Positions 29,909 through 42,400 of a stretch of 64,000 bases of DNA are shown here, in pieces. Position 1 is the stretch's first letter, and each line of letters begins with the position of its first letter. The DNA comes from a virus: the IMG/VR virus record IMGVR_UViG_3300020248_000002. The stretch is one strand, 5' to 3'. The translations under genes were made by a program, and so were the position numbers. Below the pieces are notes generated by a model. It saw nothing but the letters and a program-made list of their open reading frames with translations, had not been told where the DNA came from and ran no database searches.

Positions 29909-31276
29909 ATGGCAGCAAATGGATCCTATAATAGTAGCAATAATGTCCTAACAGTAACTGGCGATGGTTTGCCATCTCCAGTGAACTCAGGAACTTTTCC
30001 TAATGCTAACAATTCAAACACAATTACATCATATGCTTTCAACCACAACTTTGTTTACAGAGGTGGATCAAACACGTCTGATTCTGGGGTTGTCGGTTTG
30101 GGTGCTATTGGTATTGCTGCAAACGGTGTCGTCTTCTTTAATCCTAGTGCAGGAACTGATGGGTCGCCCCCGTCAGGATTTTCCTACGTGGCAGCGGGTA
30201 TTGGTTCTGCTGTTAATTATGGAGAAGATAGTTGTGGTGGGTATCCTGAGTCAAGTGGTCAGTACCGTTATAACGACAGCGACTTCATAGATTGTTGGAA
30301 TGCCAATCAAGTGATGGCAGGATATAATGATTACTATGGTTCATCTCAATATAATGGTGATAATATTAGACACCCTGATGGTCACTCTAAGATAATAGGT
30401 TATAGTTTTGATGGTTATCCTGTGTATGGTCCTTATGGATATACAGATGCTAATGATAACACTACACCTGTAATCAGAATGTCTTCTGGATGGACAGTAA
30501 GAACTCAAGAAGCACCTGGAAGACCTGCATATGATACAACATACCCCGCAGGTGTGTTTATGGAAGATTATGAATATACTGGTGGAACAGGAAAGTTAGA
30601 TACACATAACGGTAGACATTGTGTAACACCTGAGTATCCTAGTGGTACTTTTGCATACTTTCTTACTGAAGATAATTCTGGAAATCCAGTATTTCCTTTT
30701 ATGATGGGTTTGACCTCGAAAGAGGCAATGGTAGTACCTGCCAATGATGGTTTTACACAAACTGCACCACCTACTGATGATGGTGGCGATACTCCCGATC
30801 AACCCCCTACTCTTGTAATTACAAATCAACCAACAAACGCTACTATTCAAAGTGGAAACCTTCAACAGTTTAGTTTGTTAGCAGAAATACAACCACAAAA
30901 TGATACTATTGCATATCAGTGGCAAGTATCAACAGATGGTGGATTTGCTTGGTCTAACTTAACTGGTAATACATCAGCAACACTGAATATAAATGCTCAA
31001 CCATTTATGACAGGTTATCGTTATAGATGTGTGTTGACTGGTCCAGTTGGTGCATCTACTCAAGCACAAAACTCACCTTTAATAAGTAATTTGGCGATCC
31101 TTACTGTAACAGGTAGTGGAACGACTATAGATTATGCCAGTATCCTCAAATTTGACAGTGGTATTGGAAAATACGATATGACTCCAGTTAATTTTGACAG
31201 GGATAATAACAACCCTGACTTTACTATACAGAACTTTACACTGGATAATTCGACAACTTCCTTCGATATGACATAA
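29909..31276 (+). CDS. YHYH-domain virion protein with C-terminal Ig-like domain
   Basis: GAIGIAANGVVFFNP, HSKIIGYSFDGYPVYGPYGY, LDTHNGR.CVTPEYP.GTFAYF..FPF; ITNQP...YQWQ.S.DGG..W...YRYRC Ig module. Confidence 0.8.
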   Translation: MAANGSYNSSNNVLTVTGDGLPSPVNSGTFPNANNSNTITSYAFNHNFVYRGGSNTSDSGVVGLGAIGIAANGVVFFNPSAGTDGSPPSGFSYVAAGIGSAVNYGEDSCGGYPESSGQYRYNDSDFIDCWNANQVMAGYNDYYGSSQYNGDNIRHPDGHSKIIGYSFDGYPVYGPYGYTDANDNTTPVIRMSSGWTVRTQEAPGRPAYDTTYPAGVFMEDYEYTGGTGKLDTHNGRHCVTPEYPSGTFAYFLTEDNSGNPVFPFMMGLTSKEAMVVPANDGFTQTAPPTDDGGDTPDQPPTLVITNQPTNATIQSGNLQQFSLLAEIQPQNDTIAYQWQVSTDGGFAWSNLTGNTSATLNINAQPFMTGYRYRCVLTGPVGASTQAQNSPLISNLAILTVTGSGTTIDYASILKFDSGIGKYDMTPVNFDRDNNNPDFTIQNFTLDNSTTSFDMT

Positions 31277-31279
31277 ATA
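31272..31279 (+). promoter_or_regulatory. T4-type late promoter (CATAAATA)
   Basis: 24 nt upstream of the 31304 start. Confidence 0.7.
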
Positions 31280-31303
31280 AAACTGTAGAAAAAACCCCCT
31301 ACT

Positions 31304-32983
31304 ATGGCTAAGCAGAATGTAAACGTCGGTGTATCGGCAAATGATGGTACAGGAGATACCCTCAGAGACGGTGCTATAAAACTTAATAACGTAATTAACG
31401 AGTTATACACCCAACTTGGTGATAATACTAATTTGCAAGTTAGTATTGGATCACCATCAACAAACCAAGTCCTTAAATGGAATGGAACAGTATTTACAGA
31501 AGGAGATCTGGCATCATCTAATTTGACTGATGTTGACTTGACTGGTATTGGAAATGGTCAAGTACTAAAATGGAATACAGCAAACTCAAGATTCCAACCT
31601 GGTGATGACTTACAAGGTAGTGGTGGCGGTGGGGGCAATGCCATTACTAACTTGACTAACAATGGTTCTAATAACGTTGTTATCTCAACTCATTTTCTAC
31701 CAAACACCGACAACACATATGACTTAGGTAGTAACTCACTTAAGTTTAGGGATTTATATCTATCCAGTTCTACTATTTGGATGGATGATACAGGTATTTC
31801 TATAGGATCTGATCAAGAAATTACTCGTAGAAAGAGAAAAGCACATACTGTTCATAGTATAGACACAGGTGCTACTCGTACTATTACATCTAAATTAGCG
31901 TCAGAAAACTCTACAGAAGAAGAGGGTCTTCGTTTACGTTTTAGTGCGATGAAAGTAGGAACACCTCTAGAAATTGAGGATGTTAATGGTAATAAAATTG
32001 AAGCAACATTTGCATCATTTACTGCTGAAGCAGGTGCTACTCGTGGTACTGTTACAGTTAGTGCTACAGGAACTGCTAACCAAACACAAGAACTAGCAGT
32101 ATCTGGTGATATTAAGATTTCATCTAAAAATAAATTAATTACTGAACAAGAAGATGGTGCTGTAGATCTTGGTGCACAGAAACTAAAGTTTGGTTTTGGT
32201 GATATATCATTTGATACTGATGGTATTCTTGAACTTCCTGCTTCAAGTTCTATCCGTTTTGGTACTCCAGGTTCTGCTAAAGAACTTAAGTTTGATGGAA
32301 ACAACAATTTAGATTTACCTACAGGAACAGATATTCGTTTTGGTGGTGATGCTGCAAAGTCTATTAAGTTTGACGGATCTGGTAATTTAGAAGTTCCAGA
32401 AAACTCTGAGATAAGATTTGGTAGTGGTGGTACTAAAAAAATATCGCTTGATGGAAGTAACAACTTAGTTCTTCCTACAGGAACTGAAATTCATATTGGT
32501 ACCAAAAAAATTAAAATTGATACTAATGGTGAACTACAGGTTGCTAATGATGGTACAACTTTTGAAGACGTTGATAGAGGATTCAAACGTCAAGGTTCTA
32601 GTGCACCTGCGGGAGCAAGTGTTATTAAAGGATATAATAATGCAACTGTATATAAACCATCTCCAACAATTTTATATACATTCAGTGCAGTTGGACAATC
32701 AAACTATACAGTTAATGGACCTGGATTACCATCAGGAGGATCTACAGATCCTAATATAATTCTTTATCGTGGATTTACATACGATTTTAATAATACTACT
32801 GGATCATCTCATCCACTAAGAATACAGTCTACAACTGGTCTTTCAGGAACTCCATATACTACAGGTATTACTGGATCACAAACTGCTATGCAGTCATTTA
32901 CAGTTCCTTTTGATGCACCTACAACTTTATATTATCAATGCACAATCCACTCATCTATGAATGGAACTATAGAAATTAGGTAA
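31304..32983 (+). CDS. gp9: Baseplate protein with gp9/gp10-type N-terminus (tail fibre connector-like) and C-terminal cupredoxin-like domain
   Basis: MAKQ.VNVG..ANDGTGDTLRDG..KLN....ELY; NGQVLKWN repeats; LYRGFTY.F...HPLRI...VPFDAP.TLYYQCTIHSSM. Confidence 0.7.
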   Translation: MAKQNVNVGVSANDGTGDTLRDGAIKLNNVINELYTQLGDNTNLQVSIGSPSTNQVLKWNGTVFTEGDLASSNLTDVDLTGIGNGQVLKWNTANSRFQPGDDLQGSGGGGGNAITNLTNNGSNNVVISTHFLPNTDNTYDLGSNSLKFRDLYLSSSTIWMDDTGISIGSDQEITRRKRKAHTVHSIDTGATRTITSKLASENSTEEEGLRLRFSAMKVGTPLEIEDVNGNKIEATFASFTAEAGATRGTVTVSATGTANQTQELAVSGDIKISSKNKLITEQEDGAVDLGAQKLKFGFGDISFDTDGILELPASSSIRFGTPGSAKELKFDGNNNLDLPTGTDIRFGGDAAKSIKFDGSGNLEVPENSEIRFGSGGTKKISLDGSNNLVLPTGTEIHIGTKKIKIDTNGELQVANDGTTFEDVDRGFKRQGSSAPAGASVIKGYNNATVYKPSPTILYTFSAVGQSNYTVNGPGLPSGGSTDPNIILYRGFTYDFNNTTGSSHPLRIQSTTGLSGTPYTTGITGSQTAMQSFTVPFDAPTTLYYQCTIHSSMNGTIEIR

Positions 32984-34854
32984 TGGCAAGAACAGTCCCA
33001 GGATCAGGAGCAGTTATTGAACCCATTTTTAACAGTACGTTCGGTATCAAGGACGTATTTGTTAATGATGGGGGTACTGGCTATGTGGCAGGGGACCCTC
33101 CAGAATTAAAAGTTGGAAATTGTGGAACACCATTAAGAGAAGCAATACTTGAACCTGTAATTACTAATGGTCAAATTGCTGCTGTAAAAGTATTAGATCC
33201 AGGTGAAGGATATGATCCTCTCAGGATTAAGATAAACACAAGTGGTAATGGTTATGGTGCTGCTGCAAAAGCAATATTATGGGACGAAGATCAATATGCT
33301 CCTGATGGAACATTGACTGCACCCGCAGGTTCTCTTCAGTATATTCAGATGTTATCGAATGGGGATCAATATTTTAGTGATGCCACAACTGCTGAAATAG
33401 ATGGTGGAGGTGGTGCAGGTGCTGAACTTAGACCTGTTACTGGATTAATAACTGGTTTAGCATTAGAAGATACTGGATCTAACTATGAAAATGGTGATAT
33501 TAATATCATCGTATCTGGTGGAGGTGGACAAGGTGCTACTGGAGTTGCAGAGGTAGATGAATTTGGTATTGTTAAAGCAGTAAATATATCAAACGCAGGT
33601 GAATATTTCCAAACTCCTCCTGTTATATTACTCAACGGTGGTGGTGGAGGTGGTGCCAGAGCAATCGCTACTGTAGATTTAGGTTCAATAGTTTCTATTG
33701 ATGTTTTAGATCCTGGTGGTGGTTTCTCATCAGAACCCCAAGTTCTTTTTACTAGAAATACAGATTTAGTCAAAAGGTCTAGAAATAGACAAGCATTTAA
33801 CTCATTTTTATATAATTTAACTGGTCTTATTAATAATGTAAGTATTTCCGATCAAACAATATTTGTTGAGACTACTGCACCTTATCCTGGATCAGGAAAA
33901 ATATTAATTGGAAGTGAAGTTATCAGATATACTGGTAAAACTCCTACATCTTTTGTTGGTTGTGACCGTGCTGTTAATTTTAGATATGATCAAAAAGTAA
34001 CCCTAGATACTCTTGCTGATGATAATGATGGTGTTAGTCAATATAAATTTAATGTAGGTGATCGTGTTATAAGAACATCTGAAAGTTCAAGTAACAAAAT
34101 TGCTCGTGTATATGACTGGAGACCTGAGATTAATGCACTATATTTGGTATTTGAAGTTGATAAACTAGCATTCATTGATGGTGGATCATCAAATACTATA
34201 TCTCAAGTTATTGATTTTGTTGGTGGTGTTGCATCATCTAGTGCTACTGGTGTTGAACCACACGTATTAGTTGATTCTATAGGTGATACTATCGTTCAGT
34301 TAACAGATCCTATTGGTCTAATACAAGATAAAAAATTTGAAGATGATGACGAATTACAAGGAGCAGGAGATGGTATTCCTGATCTAGTAAATACTAATAC
34401 AGAATTTGCAAATGCTATCAGTCTTGATGGTGGTATTGCATCATCTCTATATGGTATTGAGGAAACATTAGGTGGACAAAACACTTCATTGTTCCAAGTT
34501 GGAGACCAAATGACAGATTCGTCTCTTCCTAATAGATCTCCTACTGTCTCAGTTGCAGGTGCTTTAGGTGATGGTGATTTGCATTTAGCAACTATTGAGT
34601 TTATCTTCCGTGTTATGAATAACACTAATGACTTTGTTCAAGGTGAAACCGTAACAGGAAGTTTAAGTGGAGTAACAGCAACAGTCCAATCTTGGGATGC
34701 GACTACAAAAAAACTTGTCTGTATAAATCCAGTTGCAAACTCAGGAAATTATCTTTGGAATAAGAATGAAAATATCACTGGAGGTACGTCAGGTGCTATA
34801 GGTGTTATCCAATTTATAAATTATCCATCCTACATCAGAAACGAACCTGACTAA
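32983..34854 (+). CDS. Virion structural (baseplate-associated) protein with Gly-rich G-x-G-Y repeats
   Basis: MARTVPGSGA.I.P.FN; repeated V-x3-G-x-GY...GGGG-x-GA modules as in gp7 and gp8. Confidence 0.75.
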   Translation: MARTVPGSGAVIEPIFNSTFGIKDVFVNDGGTGYVAGDPPELKVGNCGTPLREAILEPVITNGQIAAVKVLDPGEGYDPLRIKINTSGNGYGAAAKAILWDEDQYAPDGTLTAPAGSLQYIQMLSNGDQYFSDATTAEIDGGGGAGAELRPVTGLITGLALEDTGSNYENGDINIIVSGGGGQGATGVAEVDEFGIVKAVNISNAGEYFQTPPVILLNGGGGGGARAIATVDLGSIVSIDVLDPGGGFSSEPQVLFTRNTDLVKRSRNRQAFNSFLYNLTGLINNVSISDQTIFVETTAPYPGSGKILIGSEVIRYTGKTPTSFVGCDRAVNFRYDQKVTLDTLADDNDGVSQYKFNVGDRVIRTSESSSNKIARVYDWRPEINALYLVFEVDKLAFIDGGSSNTISQVIDFVGGVASSSATGVEPHVLVDSIGDTIVQLTDPIGLIQDKKFEDDDELQGAGDGIPDLVNTNTEFANAISLDGGIASSLYGIEETLGGQNTSLFQVGDQMTDSSLPNRSPTVSVAGALGDGDLHLATIEFIFRVMNNTNDFVQGETVTGSLSGVTATVQSWDATTKKLVCINPVANSGNYLWNKNENITGGTSGAIGVIQFINYPSYIRNEPD

Positions 34855-34859
34855 ACTAC

Positions 34860-34867
34860 TATAAATA
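34860..34867 (+). promoter_or_regulatory. T4 late promoter (TATAAATA)
   Basis: Perfect consensus, intergenic, upstream of gp8. Confidence 0.85.
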
Positions 34868-34889
34868 AAAGGAAGGTACATAGTATCCA

Positions 34890-36425
34890 ATGGCATTACT
34901 TACCGATCAATTTAGAATTTTCACCGCTGAAAAATTCATCAAATCACTTGAGGGACCAGATTCGACTCAGAGTGACATCGTTGCGGGTGCAAATCGTGAC
35001 CGTTTGTATGTTTTCATTGGTCGTCCTCAAGAATGGGATAACGAGAATAATCCTCCAACTCCTATAGACTCTTTCCAAGAGTTTTCAGACGCATATGACG
35101 ATATGATTTCTATGAAGCGTGTCCTTGCTAGTGACGCTATTCAAGTTGTACGTCGTATTGACTGGATACCCCCAGAACAAACTACTGGTGGTTTGGGTTA
35201 TGTTTACGATATGTATCGTAACGACTATTCATCTAGTAAGACTGCTTCTAGTGGTGCTACTAAACTATATGATGCTGATTTCTATGTTGTTAACAGTTCA
35301 TATCAAGTTTACAAATGTATCTACAATGGAACGTCACCCTCTGATCCGAACGGTAAACCTAGTACGATCGAACCCACTGGCACTTCTACTTCTATTATCA
35401 CCACTGCTGATGGTTATCGTTGGAAGTATATGTACACCATCCCAGTGGGGCAGGTTCTAAAATTCTTCTCAGCAGACTATATGCCTGTGTTAGTTGACAC
35501 TGCTGTTCAGTCAGATGCTGTAGGAGGAGAAATTGATACTGTTGTTATTCAATCATCTGGATCTGGATATAACAATGGTACATATGAAAACATCCCTCTA
35601 AGAGGAGATGGAACTGGTGGACGTATCTCTATCGTTGTAGATGGTGGTCGTATTGTTTCTGCAACAGTTACATCTGGAGGATCTAATTATTCCTTCGGTA
35701 AGATCATTGTTGATGAAGTTAATGGTATTGGTTCTGGTACAGGATCTGGTGGTGCTATTGACGTTATTATTCCACCTAAAGGTGGTCACGGATCTACTCC
35801 TGCTATTGAGTTAGGTGGTTTCCGAGTTATGATTAACACCAAATTTACATACTCAGAGGGATCTGGAGACTTCCCTACTGATAATGATTATCGTCGTATT
35901 GGTCTAGTTCTAAATCCATTTAAGTTTGGTACAGAAGAATTAGCAGATGCGATTACTTTGTCAGCATCAAACGCTGTAATATTTTCTCCTGATTTCACAG
36001 GATCATTTAATACTGATGAAATCATAACTCAAACTCGTACTGTGGGTGGACAACAAGTCACTGCTCGTGGTCGTGTAGTTTCTTGGAACTCCATAACTAA
36101 AGTTTTGAAATTTTATCAAAACAGAGTTGATGGTATATTCCCTGAGATTACTGGTAACAAAGTTGAGTTTTCTGGTGGTAACACCATAGTTGGTTCGGGT
36201 TCTGGTACATCTGTTGACCCTGACATCAACTTCCCTGTAGTTCCTGGTGAAGCAACACGTGTTATAAACAACACAGAATATGATTTAGGTATGTCATTTA
36301 CATCTGGTTACGCCAAACCAGAAGTGAAAAAGGACTCAGGAAAAGTGATCTACATAGACAATAGGAGAGCAATCTCAAGGGCGGGCGACCAAATTGAAGA
36401 CATCAAAATCGTTGTAGAGTTCTAA
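34890..36425 (+). CDS. gp8: Baseplate wedge subunit gp8
   Basis: TDQFRI, LYVFIGR...W, VVRRIDW, YQVYKCIYN, DGYRWKYMYTI, YIDNR..I.R...Q.EDIKIVVEF. Confidence 0.93.
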   Translation: MALLTDQFRIFTAEKFIKSLEGPDSTQSDIVAGANRDRLYVFIGRPQEWDNENNPPTPIDSFQEFSDAYDDMISMKRVLASDAIQVVRRIDWIPPEQTTGGLGYVYDMYRNDYSSSKTASSGATKLYDADFYVVNSSYQVYKCIYNGTSPSDPNGKPSTIEPTGTSTSIITTADGYRWKYMYTIPVGQVLKFFSADYMPVLVDTAVQSDAVGGEIDTVVIQSSGSGYNNGTYENIPLRGDGTGGRISIVVDGGRIVSATVTSGGSNYSFGKIIVDEVNGIGSGTGSGGAIDVIIPPKGGHGSTPAIELGGFRVMINTKFTYSEGSGDFPTDNDYRRIGLVLNPFKFGTEELADAITLSASNAVIFSPDFTGSFNTDEIITQTRTVGGQQVTARGRVVSWNSITKVLKFYQNRVDGIFPEITGNKVEFSGGNTIVGSGSGTSVDPDINFPVVPGEATRVINNTEYDLGMSFTSGYAKPEVKKDSGKVIYIDNRRAISRAGDQIEDIKIVVEF

Positions 36426-36428
36426 GAA

Positions 36429-39400
36429 ATGCCACAGAATACCAACCTCAATATCAGTCCTTATTACGACGACTTTAGTTCGGATAATAACTTTTACAAA
36501 GTTTTATTCCGTCCTGGGTATCCAATACAGGCAAGAGAATTAACCACGCTTCAATCACTGATGCAAAATCAGGTTGAGTCGATGGGAACTCATATGTTCA
36601 AGGATGGTGCAATGGTCATCCCTGGACAAATAGGTTATGACTTAGATGCTAAAGCAGTATTGCTACAAGCAAGTTTCTTGGGAACTAACGTAGAATTATA
36701 TCGTTCACAATTAGAAGGAAGAATAGTTACAGGTCTAACAACTGGTATCAAAGCAAAAGTTATATTCTCTATATCAGCAACAGAATCAGAACGTGGTTAT
36801 ATAACACTTTATCTAAAATATATTACATCTGGTGGAACAGACAGTAACACTAGAACTTTTACTGCTAATGAGCAGTTGGTTTGTGATGCTGAACTTACTT
36901 TTGGATCTACTCTAATTGAAGTTGGCACACCTTTTGCACAATTATTACCAACGACTGCAACTGCTGTTGGTTCTACTGCTACTGTTGCTAATGGTGTATA
37001 TTTTATACGTGGATATTTTGTTGATGTAAATGAGCAAACAATTATTCTTGATCAATATACAAACAATCCATCTTACAGAGTTGGTTTAGAAATATTTGAA
37101 TCTATTGTAACTCCAGAAGATGATCCATCATTGAATGACAATGCTACTGGAACATCAAACTATTCTGCACCTGGAGCACATAGATTTAGAATTCGTTGTT
37201 CATTAACTAAAAAAGTTATTGATGACGATACAGATAAAAACTTTGTAGAATTACTTCGTATTAATAATGCAAATGTAGAATCATTTGTAGATAGAACTCC
37301 ATATAATGAAATAGCAAGAGAACTTGCTCGTCGTACATTTGACGAGTCAGGTGACTATACTGTTAGAGCATTTGATTTAAGAGTCAGAGAACATCAGAAT
37401 GATGGTGAAAATAATGGTGTATATCTTCCAGGATCTACATCTCGTGGTAACGTAGCATCATCTCCTGCTTATTATGCTTTAGAAGTATCGCCAGGAAAAG
37501 CGTACGTCAGAGGATTTGAGATTGAAACCCTAGCACCTACTTTTGTAGATATAGCAAAACCAAGAGAAACAAAAGCATTACAGAACTCAATCATTCCATT
37601 TGAACTCGGCAACTATATGCTGATGAATAATGTAAAAGGATCACCTATTATAAACGGTAATAATATATCATCAAACTATCAGGTTCTTGAATTTAGAGAC
37701 ACAGCCCCAGGTGGATCATTAACCGCATCTGGAGAAGTTATAGCATACGCACGTTGTGCTGCATATGAGTATCACAATGGAACAACTGTAACATCAAGTT
37801 CTACAGTATTTAAAACATACATCTTTGATATTCAACCATTAACTACAGTTCAAATGTCTCAAGCAGTAACTGCGGGACAAGGTGCTGTTATTCGTGGTAG
37901 AACATCTAGAGCAAAAGCATTTGTTGTCGATGCTGTATCTGGACAAACTTTATTTAAAGTGTATCAAGTATTTGGTACATTCCGTGCAGGAGAAGTTATA
38001 GAGAAAGATGGTGTAGAAATAGGTACAATGGATGCTAATTTTGCTTTCCAGATAACAGACGCTAAAGGTGTAACAGGTAAAGATCCAGATACTAATGCTA
38101 TTATATTTGCAGGTGATTTAGTTCTTGATAATGAAACTACTATTAGTGGTGTTAACTTTAATATTAATAACACTACCATAACAGGTACAAGTTCAAACTT
38201 TGCTCTTGATTTACGTCCAGGAGACGTTTTAACACCAAATGGAACAGATACTTATACTATTGATAGAATTTATCCTATAGGTGGAGGAACTATAACATCA
38301 CCAATAACAAACTCTCTAACAGCAGCAGGTACTGCGAGTGGTTTATCTAATGGTGACTATTCATTTATGGTTCGTCGTAGAGCACAAGTATATGATAAAG
38401 AAACTGCGGATCTTCTTATTGAGATGCCTAAAGATTCTATCAAGAGTATTACTGACGAATCAGCAATAGTTGCAAGAACATTTGATGATATTACCGTTAC
38501 AGGTTCTAATGACTTTACAATATCTCTTCCTGCTGATGAACAATTCCTTGCTTATGATAAAGATCATTATGCTTTAGTAGAACTAGCACCAACAGCAGGT
38601 ACTTTAATTGATATTGAACCTAATCTAACATTTAACAGCACTGGTACTCCTAGAACATCTTTAACAGTTTCTGGTTTAACAGGTATTACATCTTGTCGTT
38701 TAATTACTTCTGTATCTAAAAACCAAGCAGAGAAGAAGTTGAAGAACGCTACAGAAATGGAAGTAATGAAGATTGAGAAAACAAATATATCTTCTGACGC
38801 TCCTAAGTATGGTCTTGCTTATGGTTCACTGTATGGTACACGAATTGAAGACGAAGAAATATCTCTGGGCTCTTCTGATGTTTATAAAGTGCACGCAGTA
38901 TATGAATCATTAGATGATAATTCTGCTAAAGTTCCTTTCATTACAATGCAGGATGCTACTATCTTCCAGAAAGGTACAATCATTGAAGGTGTAACATCTA
39001 AGGCAAAGGCAAGAGTTGTGAACTTTAACTCAGTGTCTTATGTTTGCCACTTTGTATATGAGAACGATAAGTTCTTCCAACTTGGTGAAAGTGTAACTGG
39101 TTTCAATGCAAACAACGTTGTAATTACTGGTATTATAAATGACGCTGATGGTTCTATAGATGATGGTAGTAAAAATATAACATCTTCATTCTTCCTTGAT
39201 ACTAACCAACAAGGACATTATTATGATATTTCAAAATTAGTTCGTTTTGCACAATCTACTAAACCATTAAGAAAACTTAAAGTTGTATTTAACAGGTTTG
39301 TTCACGAAGCAACTGGTGACTATTTTGCTGCTGAATCTTATGTTGGTGTAGATTATGATGATATTCCTGCATTCCATCAAGATGGTGTAAGCAAGCAACT

Positions 39401-42400
39401 TAGAGATGTTCTTGATTTCCGTCCAGGTGTAACTCCTGTATTATCAGGATCAGGAACCGTTGGTTCACCATACTTTGTAAACTGTGCATCATTAGACTTC
39501 AAAGACCGTAGTTTCGCATCAGGAGGCGTATCTAACAATGCTACTATTATCGATATTCCTAAACCAGAATCTGATTTCCGTTGTGACTATGATTTCTATC
39601 TTGGCAGAGTAGATAAAGTATTCTTAACAGATCAACAAGAATTTAAAGTTGTTACAGGTATATCTGGAGAACAGCAAGAGATTCCTGCAAATATTGATAA
39701 TGCAATGTTACTTGCAACAATGTTCCATAAACCATATGGTTACAGTCCTGCTGATGTAAGTATTGCTCGTGAGAATAATCGTAGATTTACAATGCGTGAT
39801 ATTGGTGCAATAGAGAAACGTGTTGACCAATTAGAATATTATACTTCTCTTAATATGCTTGAGTTGGAAACTAATACACTACCTATTAAAGATAGTGATG
39901 GTTTCGATAAATTCAAGAATGGTTTCTTAGTAGATAACTTTACAAGTTTCGATTCTGCTGATACTACCCACGAAGATTTTGGTGTATCATTAGATTTCCA
40001 AGAAGGTGTATTACGTCCTTCACATTACACAACTAACGTATCCTTAGAATTTAGTACAACACAATCTACTGGTGTAACTCTTCACGAAACAGGAACAGTT
40101 ACTAGACCATATACAGAAACTAGATTCATTGTTCAACCATATGCTTCTAGAGTTGAGAATGTAAACCCATTTAACGTGTTTGCATATATTGGTAGATTAG
40201 ATTTATTCCCATCATCAGATGACTGGGTAGATACACGTCGTGCTCCTGATCAAGTTGTAAATATTGAAGGTGACTTTAATGCCACTTTGCTACGTTTAGG
40301 TGCTGATGCTAACAGTGGTTTTGCTCCTACACAATGGAATGCTTGGAGAACTAACTGGTCTGCAACTACAACTGCATCAAACACAGTGTTTATGCGTGGA
40401 CCTGGTATTAGATTTATTACTACAACTACAACTAATACTACAAGTTCACAAACTAGATCTGGTTTAAGAACTCGTGTTGTTCCTAGAATTGACCGTCAGT
40501 CATTAGGTGATCGTGTTATTGAAAGAACTATTGTTCCATTTATTAGATCTAGAAATATTGCGTTTAAGATTCAACGTTTAAAACCTAACACAAGATTCTA
40601 TTCTTTCATTGATAATGTAGATGTAAACTTCTACACATCACCAAAACTTCTTGAAGTTATCAAGAATACTGTTGAAGATATTCGTACCAACGATACACCT
40701 TTTGTTGTTGGTGAAACAGTTGTTGGTCAGACATCAGGTTGTCGTTTAAAACTTGTTGATGCTAATGATGGTTTTACTGATGGTTTATCACCTTATGATC
40801 AAAGTGAATTACCATCATCTTACGCATCTACTACTCCATATCTGAACATTGATACTAGAACAATGTCAGACACAGTTATGGGTTCATTCTATGGAAACCC
40901 ATTAGAAGGTGAGATTCTTGTAGGTGCTACATCTGGTGCTCGTGCTGTTGTAAAACCAAAACGTATGGTCTCAAATACTAACGGTGATATGGAAGGAATT
41001 ATGTGGATTCCTAATCCTGCTGTTAGCACCAACCCACGTTTTGCTACTGGTACTCGTGTTATACGTATGACTACATCACCAACTGACTCTAGAGTTCCTG
41101 GTGAAGTTGATTCTGCTGCACAACATAACTACGTTGCTTCTGGTGTTATTGAAACTCAACAACAAACAATTCTTGCAGTTAGAAATGCTGATCTTGTAAG
41201 AGATACAGTATCTCAAGATCGTACAGTTAATACTACAACAACAAGTGTTAGAGATACTGGATGGTATGACCCTCTTGCTCAATCATTCTTAGTTGAATCT
41301 AAGGGTGGTGCGTTCTTAACAAGTATTGATCTATACTTTAGAACTCGTGATGAAAGAATTCCTGTATCAGTACAGATAAGAGAGATGGCAAATGGTTATC
41401 CAACCACTAAAGTTCTTGCATTCTCTGATGTTACTTTACTTCCATCTGATATTAACTTATCTGAAAACGGTACTATTGCAACTAAATTTACATTCCCATC
41501 ACCTGTATATGTGACTGAGAATAGAGACTATTGTGCAGTTGTATTATCTGACTCTAATGAATATAAACTTTGGATCTCAAGAATGGGTGAAGATGATGTT
41601 ACATCTGATAGAACCATATCTGAACAACCATATGCAGGTGTGTTATTCAAATCACAGAACGCATCTACTTGGACTGCCGATCAGTATGAGGATCTTAAAT
41701 TTGTATTATATAAAGCACAGTTTGATACTAGCGGATCAGGTCTTGCTTGGTTTAATAATGCAGAACTTGCAGAAGGTAACTTTGGTATATCAAGACTAAG
41801 ATTAGATGCTATTGAGACTACAAAACCTGAGATTAAAGTAATACTTGCAGACCACGTTGCTAACTTTACAATCGGTGCTGAGATTACACAGACTGATGTA
41901 TCTCCTGCTCCATCTGCTATTGTTCGTGAAGTAGTTCAAGGTGTACAAGGATCATCTAACGCATACTTAATACTTGATGATGTTGTAGGAACATTTAGAG
42001 AAGGTGTTGCATCTGGTGCTAGTTACATCTATAGACTTGTATCTTCAAGATCTACTGGTACTATTACGTTGACTGGTGTAGCAGGAACATTTGCTACTGG
42101 TACAGCAATAACAAACGGTACTGGTGCATCTGCAATGGTTACTGATTGGAATGCAGGAACTGGAGTTGTTACAGTCAAATCAATTACAGGAACATTTGCT
42201 GACGGAGATGCAATTACACAGGTAATTAACTCTGCTACTACTGGTTCTGGTACTATTGGAACAAGTGGAACATCATTTGGTGGAGATGATATTAATGATT
42301 ATCCATCTGCTCCTATATCTTACTTCAACCAAGCAACTGAAATTAAAGTTCGTCACGCAAATCATTGTATGCACGATGGTGCTAACTCAGTACAACTTAG

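Noticed and set aside
29230-29931. 233-aa alternative-frame ORF across the gp7 end
   Set aside because: L/M/I-rich composition typical of the +1 frame; in frame with neither gp7 nor the next gene, and no slippery site seen
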